A stretch of 64,000 nucleotides of DNA from assembly GCA_963810095.1 (NCBI GenBank), contig CAWEMM010000012.1:32001-96000 (forward strand). The letters are read 5' to 3'. Shown here one piece after another: positions 11,044 to 21,246 of this stretch (its first letter is position 1; every line of letters begins with the position of its first letter). The position numbers and the translations under genes are program-made. This DNA is from an uncultured Chloroflexia bacterium (GTDB lineage Bacteria > Chloroflexota > Anaerolineae > CG2-30-64-16). Under the pieces are notes generated by a model, which saw only the letters and a list, made by a program, of their open reading frames with translations, was not told the DNA's origin and made no database searches.

Positions 11044-11414
11044 CTACTCGTATGCCTCGCGCCCTGCGCCACGTTCCACCAGGCACTTGGGGCAGGTGCA
11101 GCAGGCGAGGGCCGTCGCGGACTGCCGGCCGTTGCCGTCGCTCGACGGCAGTCTGCGCAGGCCGCGGCCACCTGGCGCGCCACGTTGTCGTCCGCCAGGC
11201 GGTAGTAAATATTGGTGCCGTCGCGCTCGTCGACGATGACCTTGGCGTTGCGCAGGATCGCCAACTGCTGCGAGACATAGGGTTGCGATTTGTTGAGCGC
11301 CGCGGAGAGGTGGCACACGCACTCGGGCTCGACCCGCAGCAGGTCCACGATCTGCAACCGCACCGGGTGCCCGATCGCCTTGAGCAAGGCGGCCTGTTGG
11401 CGGTAATGTTCCAT
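11044..11414 (-). CDS. arsR: ArsR/SmtB family repressor with a C-terminal CCTCPKC motif (frameshifted)
   Basis: KAIGHPVRLQI, ECVCHL, QPYVSQQLAILR, DGTNIYYRL; first gene of the ars operon. Confidence 0.85.
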
Positions 11415-11448
11415 ATGCTGTCTTTCCTATATAGCAATCTCTGCATAT
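11413..11448. promoter_or_regulatory. Tandem ATAT-N12-ATAT ArsR/SmtB-type operator over the RBS/start codon
   Basis: ATAT at 11413, 11429 and 11445 (16-bp spacing) in an AT-rich patch before the first arsR. Confidence 0.5.
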
Positions 11449-11677
11449 ATTACGACCGCGCCGCGTCCCTGTACATGACGCACGTCAGCTTTCCATGTGC
11501 ACGTCGGGCAGAGACTGCGGCCGGCCCGGCAAGCGCTATTGACCATTGACACCCCACAAGAGTAGTGCGATAATCGCACAAAGGCCACTTGTGGCGGCGT
11601 GCCATTGCCCTCTCGCGCTCCCCCACGCCGCGCCGTGTTGCTGAGTCCTTCCGCCGAATTGTAAGAGGAGTAATGAC

Positions 11678-14437
11678 ATGGTCAGCACCAAACGCAGCCC
11701 TGCAGGAGAGCGCAAGCCGAGATCGGCGCGCGGGGCCGTCCGGGATGCGCCTGTGGCAGTCAACCAGGCCCAGGCATACGACGTGCGCATCGTGCCGGCC
11801 CAGGTGGCGCCCGGCCAGGAATACTGGCGCGTCGTCAGCGTGCGCCACTTGAGTCCGGACGAGAACCGCGGCAAGCACAACGTGTTTGTCGACGCCCAGG
11901 ACGCTTCCGGTCAGCGCTGTCGAGACGCGGCGCTGCGCATCGGTTGGACGTGGGAGGGGCGCAACCCCCAGGACGCGGCAGACCCGAAGGCGCTCGATAA
12001 GCCGGACACCGAGCCCGCGGGCAACCTGGACGTGTACAAGGGGCAGCATATCGAGCTCTGGATCCAGGGTGATGGCCGGCCCAGCGACCATGTCGCGAAT
12101 TTGCGCACGGACCACCCCGACGAGCCGGGACCGAACGGCGAGTTGTGGAACACGTTATTCCACCACTCATTTTATGTGATCTTCCGTCTCAGCAAGATGG
12201 AGCCGGCGGGAAATGGACAGCAGCCGGGCGCCTCGGGCGCCGGTGCGCCGGGCGCCGGTGCGGGAACCGTCACTTCCCCCTCCAGCCCGCCACCTTCCAG
12301 CACACCGCCTTCCAACCCGCCCACGGCCGCGGGCTCGCCGGGAACGCCGGCGCCGCCCACGAGCGCGCCCGCGACGACTTTCCGCTTCGAGGCCTGGCCG
12401 AGCGAGTACCGGGTCATCACGCAGGCATTCGGCGTCAACCCGCAGAACTACAAGCCGTTCGGGCTGCCGGGGCACGAAGGCCTCGACATCAAGGCGCCGA
12501 CCGGCAGCAAGGTGTTCTGCGTCGCACCGGGGCAGGTCAAACTGATCACTCTCGTGAGCCCCGATCCCAAGAAGCCGGCGTATGGCAACCACGTGCGGGT
12601 GCTCCATGCGGACGGCTACGAGACGATCTACGCGCACCTGCAGTCGATCGCGGTCGAAATGGGGCAGACCGTGGCCGCGGGACAGCTCCTCGGGTTGGCG
12701 GACAGCACGGGCAACAGCACCGGCGCGCACTTGCACCTGACGCTCAAGCATCACGGCGAGTCGTTCGACGGCTATCCCAGCAGTATTGTCGATCCGACGC
12801 CGTTCCTGGCGCCGCTGCTCCAGGCGCAGCCCGCACCCGCAGCCGCAGGCGTGAAGGTGTCCGAAAAGTTGGGCTTAAACTGCAACGCGCCCACAGACGA
12901 CAACGGCAACCTCACCCCCCGCGTCGCAAACCCCCGGCTCATTGCAGATACGGGCGTGGGCTGGGTCCGGCTGAACTTCATCCTGCGGCCGTTCAACAGC
13001 CCCGCCGACGCGGGTTGGGTGGAGAATTACCGGAAGATCATCAAGGGCCTGCGCGACCAGGGGCTCAAGATCTACGGCCTGATCCACGCGCAAGCGGTGA
13101 CGGGCGACCCGGGCAACCAGTTCCGTGACGAGCCGGCAGGCTCGATCGACAACGACTGGATCCGCCGGTATGCCGAGAACTTCCGCATCATCGTCCAGCA
13201 GTTCAAGAACGACGTCGCGGTCTTCGAGTCGTTCAACGAACCCAACGACTGGCACCGGGTGCCGGGCGACCGGCCCTGGGAACAGCCGTGGGTGCATCCG
13301 TACTGGTTCGCCGTGATGCTGCAGAAGGTCTACGATGCGGTGCGCGACCTGAATGTGAAGCTCGTGTCGGGTCCGCTCCTGTCGACGCAATTCGGGAATG
13401 CGGCGGCCGGCTACCTGGCCAAGACCTACGAAGGGGGCGCCAAGTACTTCAAGTGGGGGGCCGGCGCGCCCGTGCCGTTTGACGGCGTCGCGTTCCACCC
13501 GTACGTCCTCATGGATTCTTCCCAGCCCGCGCTCGAGATCCCCCCGCGCTACCAGGACTACATGAAGGGGGTCAAGGACGCGATCACGACGTGGGAGAAG
13601 GGCACGCTGCGGCCGGTCTACATCTCTGAGATCGGCTTCCAGAACGCAGAGGACCGCCAGGTGGAGTGCATGAAGGTGGCCCTTCGCTGCGCGCTGGACG
13701 ACCCGTCCGTCGCGCTCTGCTTCTGGTATGGCATGCAGGACGATCCCGGCGAGTCCTACGGCTTGTATCGTAAGGAGGGCCTGGCGCCCGAACAGCAGAA
13801 GCCGGCGTACCAGGCCTTCGTCGCGCTGGCCCGAGAGGACCGCCGCGTCCCGGTGGCAGCCCTCCGCCCTGCGCCCCTGGTGCCCGATGCCCGTTTCGTC
13901 GCCGAGCTCGATGCGGTGAAGGATGGGACGGTCTTTGCGCCGGGCAGCTCGTTCACCAAGGTCTGGCGCATGCGGAACAGCGGCACGGCCCCATGGGGTG
14001 ACGGCTACAAGCTGGTGCGAATCGACGGGCTGAGTCTGGGCGCACCCGCCTCGATCCCCGTGCCCGCCTGCCCGCCGGGTCAAACGGTCGACCTCGCGGT
14101 CCCATTCGTGGTACCGCCGGAACCCGCGACGTGCACGAGCAGGTGGCAGCTCGTCGATCCGACCGGCAAACGCTTCGGCCAACCGGTCTGGACGACCATC
14201 AAGGTGCAGGCGCCGGTTGCCCCCGGCGTCGCGGCCAAGGACCTGTTCGGCGCCGAACCGTCCGAGCTCCTCGCGCCGGCCGCGGGACAGACGGCCGTCG
14301 CCGCCGCGCTCGGCATCATCTACACGACCTACTGGTTGCGGGTGCAGGCCGCCCAATCCGCCGCTGACCCGCAGCAGGCGCTGCGCGAGGCGGCCGAGGA
14401 CGCGCTCGCACAAATCAGGGCGTGGACGGCGACCTGA
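11678..14437 (+). CDS. Multidomain protein: unknown N-domain, Pro-rich linker, M23 peptidase, clan GH-A TIM barrel, NBR1-like Ig domain
   Basis: GGAG RBS; HEGLD...YAHL...STGAHLH (M23); FNEPN...FHPY...ISEIG (GH-A glutamates); FTKVWRMRNSGTAPWG (NBR1-Ig); no signal peptide. Confidence 0.75.
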   Translation: MVSTKRSPAGERKPRSARGAVRDAPVAVNQAQAYDVRIVPAQVAPGQEYWRVVSVRHLSPDENRGKHNVFVDAQDASGQRCRDAALRIGWTWEGRNPQDAADPKALDKPDTEPAGNLDVYKGQHIELWIQGDGRPSDHVANLRTDHPDEPGPNGELWNTLFHHSFYVIFRLSKMEPAGNGQQPGASGAGAPGAGAGTVTSPSSPPPSSTPPSNPPTAAGSPGTPAPPTSAPATTFRFEAWPSEYRVITQAFGVNPQNYKPFGLPGHEGLDIKAPTGSKVFCVAPGQVKLITLVSPDPKKPAYGNHVRVLHADGYETIYAHLQSIAVEMGQTVAAGQLLGLADSTGNSTGAHLHLTLKHHGESFDGYPSSIVDPTPFLAPLLQAQPAPAAAGVKVSEKLGLNCNAPTDDNGNLTPRVANPRLIADTGVGWVRLNFILRPFNSPADAGWVENYRKIIKGLRDQGLKIYGLIHAQAVTGDPGNQFRDEPAGSIDNDWIRRYAENFRIIVQQFKNDVAVFESFNEPNDWHRVPGDRPWEQPWVHPYWFAVMLQKVYDAVRDLNVKLVSGPLLSTQFGNAAAGYLAKTYEGGAKYFKWGAGAPVPFDGVAFHPYVLMDSSQPALEIPPRYQDYMKGVKDAITTWEKGTLRPVYISEIGFQNAEDRQVECMKVALRCALDDPSVALCFWYGMQDDPGESYGLYRKEGLAPEQQKPAYQAFVALAREDRRVPVAALRPAPLVPDARFVAELDAVKDGTVFAPGSSFTKVWRMRNSGTAPWGDGYKLVRIDGLSLGAPASIPVPACPPGQTVDLAVPFVVPPEPATCTSRWQLVDPTGKRFGQPVWTTIKVQAPVAPGVAAKDLFGAEPSELLAPAAGQTAVAAALGIIYTTYWLRVQAAQSAADPQQALREAAEDALAQIRAWTAT

Positions 14438-14745
14438 TGAGCTGCCGGGATGAGCTGTGCTCCGTGTGAGTACAGCTCATCCCACTGCTCGCAGGCAGCC
14501 TCTGCCGAGGTAGCCGCTGCCCGGGGGGCGCACAGTTCGCCTTGACAGCACAATTCACAAGAACGATGCACCAATTCCATTAAAATGGTTGTATAATCGT
14601 AGCGCCAACTAGCATTGCGAGCTTGCACCGCCGTTCTCAATATGCTCCAGAGCCAACAATGCTGAGGCCGGCTGCATCGTCAGCAGGCGGCTTTCTGTGT
14701 TGGACCGTGCCGGTTCTCGTGCGTTTCAGGACGGGGGTCACGGTC

Positions 14746-16572
14746 ATGGTAGTTGGGCTCTTCCGGTACAAGAACTTCGACCTCGAAGTCACGGAGTCCG
14801 ATGACGGCGCCTACCTAGCCGTTGCCTCCAGCGACCTCTTGCCATCGTCCGGACCCGTCAAGGCTCGTTTCTGCCTGCCATTCTCCGAAGAAGAACTCGC
14901 CCACTTTCCCGCGCCGGGCGGCTTTGCCCGTCGCCTGTCCCCAGTCCGCGACGCCCGGGTCACCCGCGCAGCGGCCCCTGCCGCTCTCGACGCAGCCGAA
15001 TTCGGACGTCGCCTCTTCGCAGCCGTCTTTGACGACGAGCAGGGACAGCCCAACGATGCGGGTGCGCTCCTCATGGCGTGCCTCCACGCCCTAAACGACC
15101 GTATCGGGCTCCGGATTCGTCTCGACCTCTGCCCTGCGCTGGCCGTTCTACCCTGGGAGTATCTGAGCTCGCCCCACGAAGATCCCTTCGCACTGTCCAA
15201 TAGAACGCCTGTCGTGCGAGTGCGCAAGGGCGACTGCCCCGCGCCAGACAACGCCGCGGTCGAAGCGCCTCTGCGGGTGCTCGCCATCATCTCGCCCGCC
15301 AGCAGCGACCTGGACCTGGCCGGGGAGTGGGAGGAACTGCAGACCGCACTGAGCGATCTCGTGACGTGGAAGTACGTCGAGATCGACCTACTCCAACGCC
15401 CGACGTTAGCCGGTCTGCAGGATGTACTGCGCGAGCACGAGTATCACGTCATTCATTTCATGGGCCACGGCGGCTTTGACGACGCGACGAATCAAGCGGT
15501 GCTCCTCTTCGACAAGGAGACGCCGGCCGAACACCTGGCCCGCCACCTGGGCAACCACCCACCCAAGCTCGTCTTCCTCAATGCATGTAACAGCGGCAAG
15601 AGCTCGCCAAACGACGCACTGGCCGGCGCGGCCCAGGGCCTGATCGCGAAGCAGGTGCCCGAGGTCGTTGCGATGCAGTTCCCCATCGGCGACCGGGCCG
15701 CGGTGCTGCTGGCGCGGGAGTTCTACGAGGCCATCGCCGACGGCTACCCGGTCGAGGCCGCGCTGAGTGAGGCCCGGCTGGCCGTCCTCGACTCGCAGCA
15801 GCAGGACGAGTGGAGCACGCCGGTGCTGTTCAGCTGCGGCACAGGCAGCATGGCGCTGGACCTGCCCGAACCGCCCCCACCCTACCGGCCGGGAACCGGC
15901 GAGCCTGAGACCGTGGTCATCCCGGCAGGGCGCTTCTGGTTTGGCAGCGGGGTGCCCGAAGATCAGCAGGGCGGCGCAGACCTGCCGCGCCAGCTCCGCC
16001 TGCCCACCTACGCAATCGGGAAGTACCCCGTTCGGAACGACGAATATGCCGGTTTCCTGAGCGAACCGAAGAACCGCAAGTATCTCCCGAGCGATCCCGG
16101 TTGGACCGTCATCGACCCACCCGCGGGACGGGAGGCAGCACCGGTTGTTGGCCTGACATGGGAAGCAGCCTGCGTCTACTGCGAGTGGCTGAGCCAGACC
16201 ACAGGCCAGCGCTACCGCCTGCCCACGGAAGCCGAATGGGAAAAGGCGGCCCGGGGCGACCAGGACCAGCGGCGCTACCCCTGGGGCAATGATCCCGCCG
16301 GCGCCCGCGCGCCAAGCCCCTACGGCTGCTGTGACATGGTAGGCACGATTTACGAGTGGACCTGCACCAAGTGGGACGGCGATCCAACAGCAGTATTTGG
16401 CCCGCATGAGGCGGGATCGTTGTCCGTCCGTGCGTCTGATGACGCTCTGACCCAGCGCGGCGGGCCTTTCAAGGCTGGTCAGCCGGCCGGGAACTGCAGT
16501 ACCCGGCGCCGCCAGCCGGGGTTGCGGACGTCTCAGAGCGTGGGCTTTCGGGTCGTGCGGGTCGTCGGTTGA
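14746..16572 (+). CDS. CHAT (caspase-like) protease fused to an FGE-sulfatase/SUMF1-like domain
   Basis: LPWEYL, VIHFMGHGGF (catalytic His), LVFLNACNSG (catalytic Cys), VVAMQFPI; then KYPVRN, RLPTEAEWEKAARG, DMVGTIYEW, GFRVV. Confidence 0.9.
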   Translation: MVVGLFRYKNFDLEVTESDDGAYLAVASSDLLPSSGPVKARFCLPFSEEELAHFPAPGGFARRLSPVRDARVTRAAAPAALDAAEFGRRLFAAVFDDEQGQPNDAGALLMACLHALNDRIGLRIRLDLCPALAVLPWEYLSSPHEDPFALSNRTPVVRVRKGDCPAPDNAAVEAPLRVLAIISPASSDLDLAGEWEELQTALSDLVTWKYVEIDLLQRPTLAGLQDVLREHEYHVIHFMGHGGFDDATNQAVLLFDKETPAEHLARHLGNHPPKLVFLNACNSGKSSPNDALAGAAQGLIAKQVPEVVAMQFPIGDRAAVLLAREFYEAIADGYPVEAALSEARLAVLDSQQQDEWSTPVLFSCGTGSMALDLPEPPPPYRPGTGEPETVVIPAGRFWFGSGVPEDQQGGADLPRQLRLPTYAIGKYPVRNDEYAGFLSEPKNRKYLPSDPGWTVIDPPAGREAAPVVGLTWEAACVYCEWLSQTTGQRYRLPTEAEWEKAARGDQDQRRYPWGNDPAGARAPSPYGCCDMVGTIYEWTCTKWDGDPTAVFGPHEAGSLSVRASDDALTQRGGPFKAGQPAGNCSTRRRQPGLRTSQSVGFRVVRVVG

Positions 16573-16604
16573 TGGAGCGAGGCGGGGCTTAGGAGGCGAA
16601 CGGG

Positions 16605-17654
16605 ATGGACGACGAACAAGTGCAGACCGCAGCCCGGCGAATAAAAGAGGGTACGTGCACGCCGATCATCAGCAACGAACTCATCATCGACCAGTATTTC
16701 GGCCAGGAAGCCGCAGGCAAGCTGGCGGGTGATTGGGCGCGCAGCGAGAGGGTGGGCTATCCCCTCGAATTGGACGAGGACAAGTACGACCTGTCCTGCA
16801 TCGCCCAGTACTGCTCGACTGTCAAGGGCTCCAGCGCAGCAAAAAGTATGTATCACGATCATCTCAAAAAGAGGTTTATCGAGGATGTCAAAAAAGCCGA
16901 TGCTCGGGCCGATGTGGACGACATCGACGAGCAGCGGGGAGACTTTACGTTCACGCAACTGGTCCTCGAACAACTCCAGCACCCGGGGTTCGGCCAACGC
17001 CTGGCGCCGGCCGCAGACGGAGCAGGCGACGGAACCACCCGAACGATCGTCGAGACGCTCGCGACCTTCAAGGCAAAGGTCTTTATCACCACCAGCCCGC
17101 ACACATTTCTCGAGAGTGCGCTGAAAAAGTACCAGAAGACACCGCGCAGCAAAGTCTACGACCCTCTGTGGGCTTCTCGGGGCGAGGATGACGCCGGCGC
17201 GACCGGAACGGGGGAAGCAACGAAGAGTGACGAGTGGAACCCGATGGTGTACCACTTGCTGGGCAAGGAAGACTTTGACGACTCGCTCGTGCTTTCTGAG
17301 GATGATTACCTGAGCGTGTTGCCAAGACTGTTCGAGGACCGCAAGAACACCAAGGTCGTGCCCGGCGAAGTGAGCGACGCCTTGACCCGCAGTTACCTGC
17401 TGCTGTTGGGGTACGACGTCGCCAGTTGGGAATTCAGAATCGTGCTCCGGCTCATTGCAACCCAGTACCCGCGACCACGCGGCATCGCGGTGCAGATCGA
17501 TCCGTACCGGGCGCCCGGCAAGGTAAAGGACCGCGACGCATACCTGGCCTACCTGAAGAAGGTGTTTGGCGACCCGGAACTCACCGTCTTTGCCGGCACG
17601 CCGTGGCAGCTTGTCGGCGACCTTGCCAAACGGCTGAAAGGGGGATCGCCGTGA
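16605..17654 (+). CDS. SIR2-like (SIR2_2-type) domain protein
   Basis: AGGAGG RBS; CTPII, FITTSPH, VYHLLG..SLVLSEDDYL, LLLLGY....WEFR; visibly more AT-rich than its neighbours. Confidence 0.75.
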   Translation: MDDEQVQTAARRIKEGTCTPIISNELIIDQYFGQEAAGKLAGDWARSERVGYPLELDEDKYDLSCIAQYCSTVKGSSAAKSMYHDHLKKRFIEDVKKADARADVDDIDEQRGDFTFTQLVLEQLQHPGFGQRLAPAADGAGDGTTRTIVETLATFKAKVFITTSPHTFLESALKKYQKTPRSKVYDPLWASRGEDDAGATGTGEATKSDEWNPMVYHLLGKEDFDDSLVLSEDDYLSVLPRLFEDRKNTKVVPGEVSDALTRSYLLLLGYDVASWEFRIVLRLIATQYPRPRGIAVQIDPYRAPGKVKDRDAYLAYLKKVFGDPELTVFAGTPWQLVGDLAKRLKGGSP

Positions 17655-20600
17655 CCAACGCAGTTTCAAGCGATGCAGCCGCCGTGGTCGCGGCCGCGCC
17701 GGTCGACGCACCCTTGGTCCCCCTGCCGGCGGAACCCAAGGAAATGCCCAACCCTTACGTCGGACCGCGGCCCTTCACGAAGGAGGAAGCCGCGCTCTTC
17801 TTCGGTCGAGATCACGAGTCGTCGGACCTGCGGACCCTCGTTTTCGTCGACCGGATCGTGCTCTTCGATGCAGCGTCGGGCGCGGGCAAAAGCTCGCTCC
17901 TCAACGCGGCGCTGCGGCAGAAGCTGAAAGAAGACCATTTCGACCTGGTGCCCGCCGACACGGCCAAGGCGCAGAGCGGCCGGGTGCGCGGCAGCTCCGC
18001 GGTCGAGGCCCCCGCCAACGTTCCCAACATCTTCGTCTACAACCTCCTCACCAGCATCGACGAAGGCAGACATACGGCCGGCGAGCTTGCGACCATGACG
18101 CTCAAGGCCTACCTGGACGAGCTGCCGGCCCCACCGCCGGGGCCCGACCGGGAACGGGTGGCACGGGTGCTGATCGTCGACCAGTTCGAAGAGATCTTTA
18201 CGTCGCACCTGGACCGCTGGGAAGACCGGGCAGGGTTCTTCAGGCAGCTGCGGGAGGCTGTCACGCCCCCCAAGGCCGACAATTCTGGCAACGGAGGCGG
18301 CCCGCTCAAGCCCGACATCTTCGTCATCCTGGCCATGCGCGACGATGCGGCGGCGATGCTTGACCAATACGCGCACCTGCTGCCCGGGCCGCCTGCGCAC
18401 CCGCTTCAACATGCAGCGCCTGGACCACGAGGCGGCGCTGTTGGCGATCCAGGGGCCGGCGGCGAATGCGGGACGACCCTTCGCCGAGGGCGTCGCCGAA
18501 GCGCTGCGCGACAACCTGTCCCTGGTCGACAACCCGGAGCGCAGACCCGAGAAGTACCAGGCCGAGTTCATCGAGCCGGTGCAGTTACAGGTTGTCTGCT
18601 GGCAGCTCTGGGAGGAACTCAGGTCGATGCCGTGCGGCGAGGCCGGCGACTTGCCCCTGGCTGCCGGCGCCGCGCCCGTGGCGCCGGCGAAGCCATGCCC
18701 GATCACCATGGAGCAGCTCCTGGCCGTGGCCCAGAAGCTTACCGGGGAGCCAGACCTGGGGACGTTTGTCGACGGCGCGCTGCAGCGCTTCTACGAAAAC
18801 GTCATGTCGGGGTCGGCCGGCAGCTTGGGTCTCACGGAGTTCGAGCTGCGCTCGTGGGTCGAGGACGAGCTAATTACCGGGCAGGGCACCCGCAACCTGG
18901 TCGACCAAGGCGAAACGAAAACCGCGGGGCTGCCAAATACGGCCGTCGAGGAGCTAAAAAAGCGGCTGCTGCTCCACCAGGAAGAACGGGGCGCGGTCCA
19001 GTTCTTCGAGCTGTTTCACGACCGGCTCGTAACGCCGATCAAGCTGTCCAATGCCGAATGGTTCAAGAAGCAGGATGTATCCCTGCAGAAAGCCGCGAGT
19101 GGAAGAAGTTCGACTCGCTTGGCAAGGGCGACGAGTGGTTGGCCCGCGGCGCCGGCCTGAAACGGGTCAGGAGCTACGTCGAGGCGGCGCAGGGGGCGGG
19201 GCAGCGGGTGCCGCCCGACCTGGTCACCTTCCTGAAAGCAAGCCAGGAGAAGGAAGCCGCCGCCAAACAGGGACGCAATTACGTCGCCCTGCTCCTGGGC
19301 TTTCTCGGCCTGCTGCTGGTCCTCGGCGTCATCTGGTCGCGTTATGTCGACAGCACGAACCAGAAAATCGCGGCCCGGGCCGACCTGGCGGGCCTGCATG
19401 CCGGCCAGATCAGCGACAAGCAGGGTGTGGCCGCAAACCCTGCGGTCGAGCCCCAGCTGAGCTTGCTGCTGGCAGTCGAGGCGCTCGACAGCATCGAGGT
19501 GGGCGGGTTTGAGGAACTGCTGGACCAGCAGTTCGGCGGCAGCAAGATCGCGCACGCGCGCACTGCCCTCCTTGGCAAGCTGCAGAGCGTGTTATCCGAG
19601 ACGGGCGGCGTGCCATTGCGGGCCGGACATGCGGTGACTGCCACCGCGGTGCTATCCTCGAGCGTCGCGGTCAGCCCGGACGGGCGCTGGGTTGCCGGCC
19701 TCGAGGCCGGCGCGGCTCCCAAGCTGCACATCTGGGACCTCCGGGGCAATCCGCCTGACGAGGAACCGGGGTCGCGGCCAGTCGACGCGACCACCATCAC
19801 CACGCTGGCGCTCGACGGGAAGGGCTCGGGGCTGTTCGTGGGTCACGACGACGGAAGCGTTGAGTATGTCTCGTTCGCCGACCGCCAGCCCCAGGCGCTG
19901 CCCGGTATCAAGGGGCAACAGCCCGTCACCCTGCTCGCCACGAGTCCGAGCCCGGGCCGCTGGCTCGCCCTGGCGGATGGGACGACAGAACTGGCGCTCT
20001 ACCCACTGAATCCCGAAGGCGCTCCGGGCCCCGTGCAGACGCTGCCCGGCCATGTCGGCGGAGTGCGGTCGGCTGTCTTCAGCCCCAACGGCAGCGTGGC
20101 TGGCCACGGTCGACGGCGAGGATCGCCTGCGCTTGTGGGATCTGCGAGGGGTTGCGGGCGCCGCAGTAGACGATGCCCGGCTGGGCGAGGCAGCCGGCCG
20201 CATTGTTGCCTTCAGCCAGGACGCGCAAGATCCGGCCTGGGTCGCAGCCGCCGGCCCCGAAGCCAATGTCGTCTACCTGTGGCGACTGCCGCTCAGCCCC
20301 GGATCGGCCGCGTACAAGATCAAGTTCGGCGCGCAAACGGACGCACCGGTTGCCGCGCTCGCGTTTGCCCGGCCTGTCGACGGACCGGCCAGATACCTGG
20401 TCGTGAGCCACACGGACGGCAAAATCATCCTGTGGCATCTGCCCACCGATCAGGATCGCGAAGAGCTGGCTGCGGCGCTGGCAGCCGAAGAGCAGGTCGC
20501 GGCGGCCGGTTCGGCCGAGAGCACGGCCGGGGCGCCCAAAACGGGCGCGGCCGGCTCAGGCCCGATTGGCGAGGACGATGGCAGCCCACCGTCAGACACA

Positions 20601-21206
20601 GGCCCTATCGGCCAGGACGATAGCAGCACACAGGCGAACGCCGGCCCTATCGGCCAGGATGGCGAGTCCGGCGCGACCCCGACCGGAGCGCCGGCGATGG
20701 ACTCCTATCCGGACCGCTGGCCGCCTATCGTGCTGACCACCCCGGGCCGGCCGCTCGTCGCGGCCAGTGGCAAGTGGCTGCTCACCGCGAGCGCCGGCGA
20801 CCCTCGCCTTTGCCGGTGGGATATCACCGAGCTGGAGCAGGGAAAGGTGTATCAAAGCCGGGTGCTAGAGCCGCCGTCCGAGGGACAGGACACGAAGCCG
20901 CCCGCTTCTTGTACGCCCATGAGCGGGCACGAAGACCCGGTGACGGCGCTGTATGCGGCGTGGATCCCGAAAGACGGGCTGCCGGGCTGGCTCAGCGTGG
21001 ACGAGCACGGCATACGGTATTGGCAGCCGCCGGGGGCCGCCGAGGGACAGCCGGCCGGCGATGGAAAGACTCTCTCGTCGCAGCTCAAGGAGCAGGCGTG
21101 CCGGAGGGCCGGCCGAGCGCTGACCCCGGGCGAGCTGGAGCGATTTATCCTGGCGAGCGCTCCGGGCGACGCGCAGTCGACCTGCGAGCGAATTCTGGGC
21201 GAATAG
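17651..21206 (+). CDS. nSTAND1 NTPase + TM helix + WD40-like repeats (frameshifts near 18385, 19090, 20090)
   Basis: GTGA overlap with the SIR2 stop; NPYVGPRPF..FFGRD, ASGAGKSSLL (Walker A), LIVDQFEE (Walker B), PVQLQVVCWQLW, ELFHDRL; TM YVALLLGFLGLLLVLGVIW; VSPDGRW/FSPNG/LWDL repeats; C-terminal AC..AGR.LT..E motif. Confidence 0.85.
20559..20684 (+). repeat. Three 42-bp (14-aa) tandem units in the STAND-WD40 gene
   Basis: GPIGEDDGSPPSDT / GPIGQDDSSTQANA / GPIGQDGESGATPT starting at 20559, 20601 and 20643. Confidence 0.75.
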
Positions 21207-21246
21207 CCGGAAGGCATGGTGGGCCGCTCGGCTCAGGAGGTGGAGT

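Noticed and set aside
4756-11414. ars cluster as a set of pseudogenes
   Set aside because: Catalytic motifs, RBSs and operators are intact and the lesions are almost all single-base indels, also seen in unrelated genes; local low-quality long-read consensus is more likely. Read mapping would decide.
12875-14413. Long antisense or alternative-frame ORFs (e.g. 12875..14413, 45446..46960, 53314..54681, 16533..17711)
   Set aside because: Shadows of real genes in high-GC DNA; no motifs or RBS.
15900-16572. FGE/CLec domain as a diversity-generating retroelement target
   Set aside because: No reverse transcriptase and no template repeat of the 3' end found in the window.
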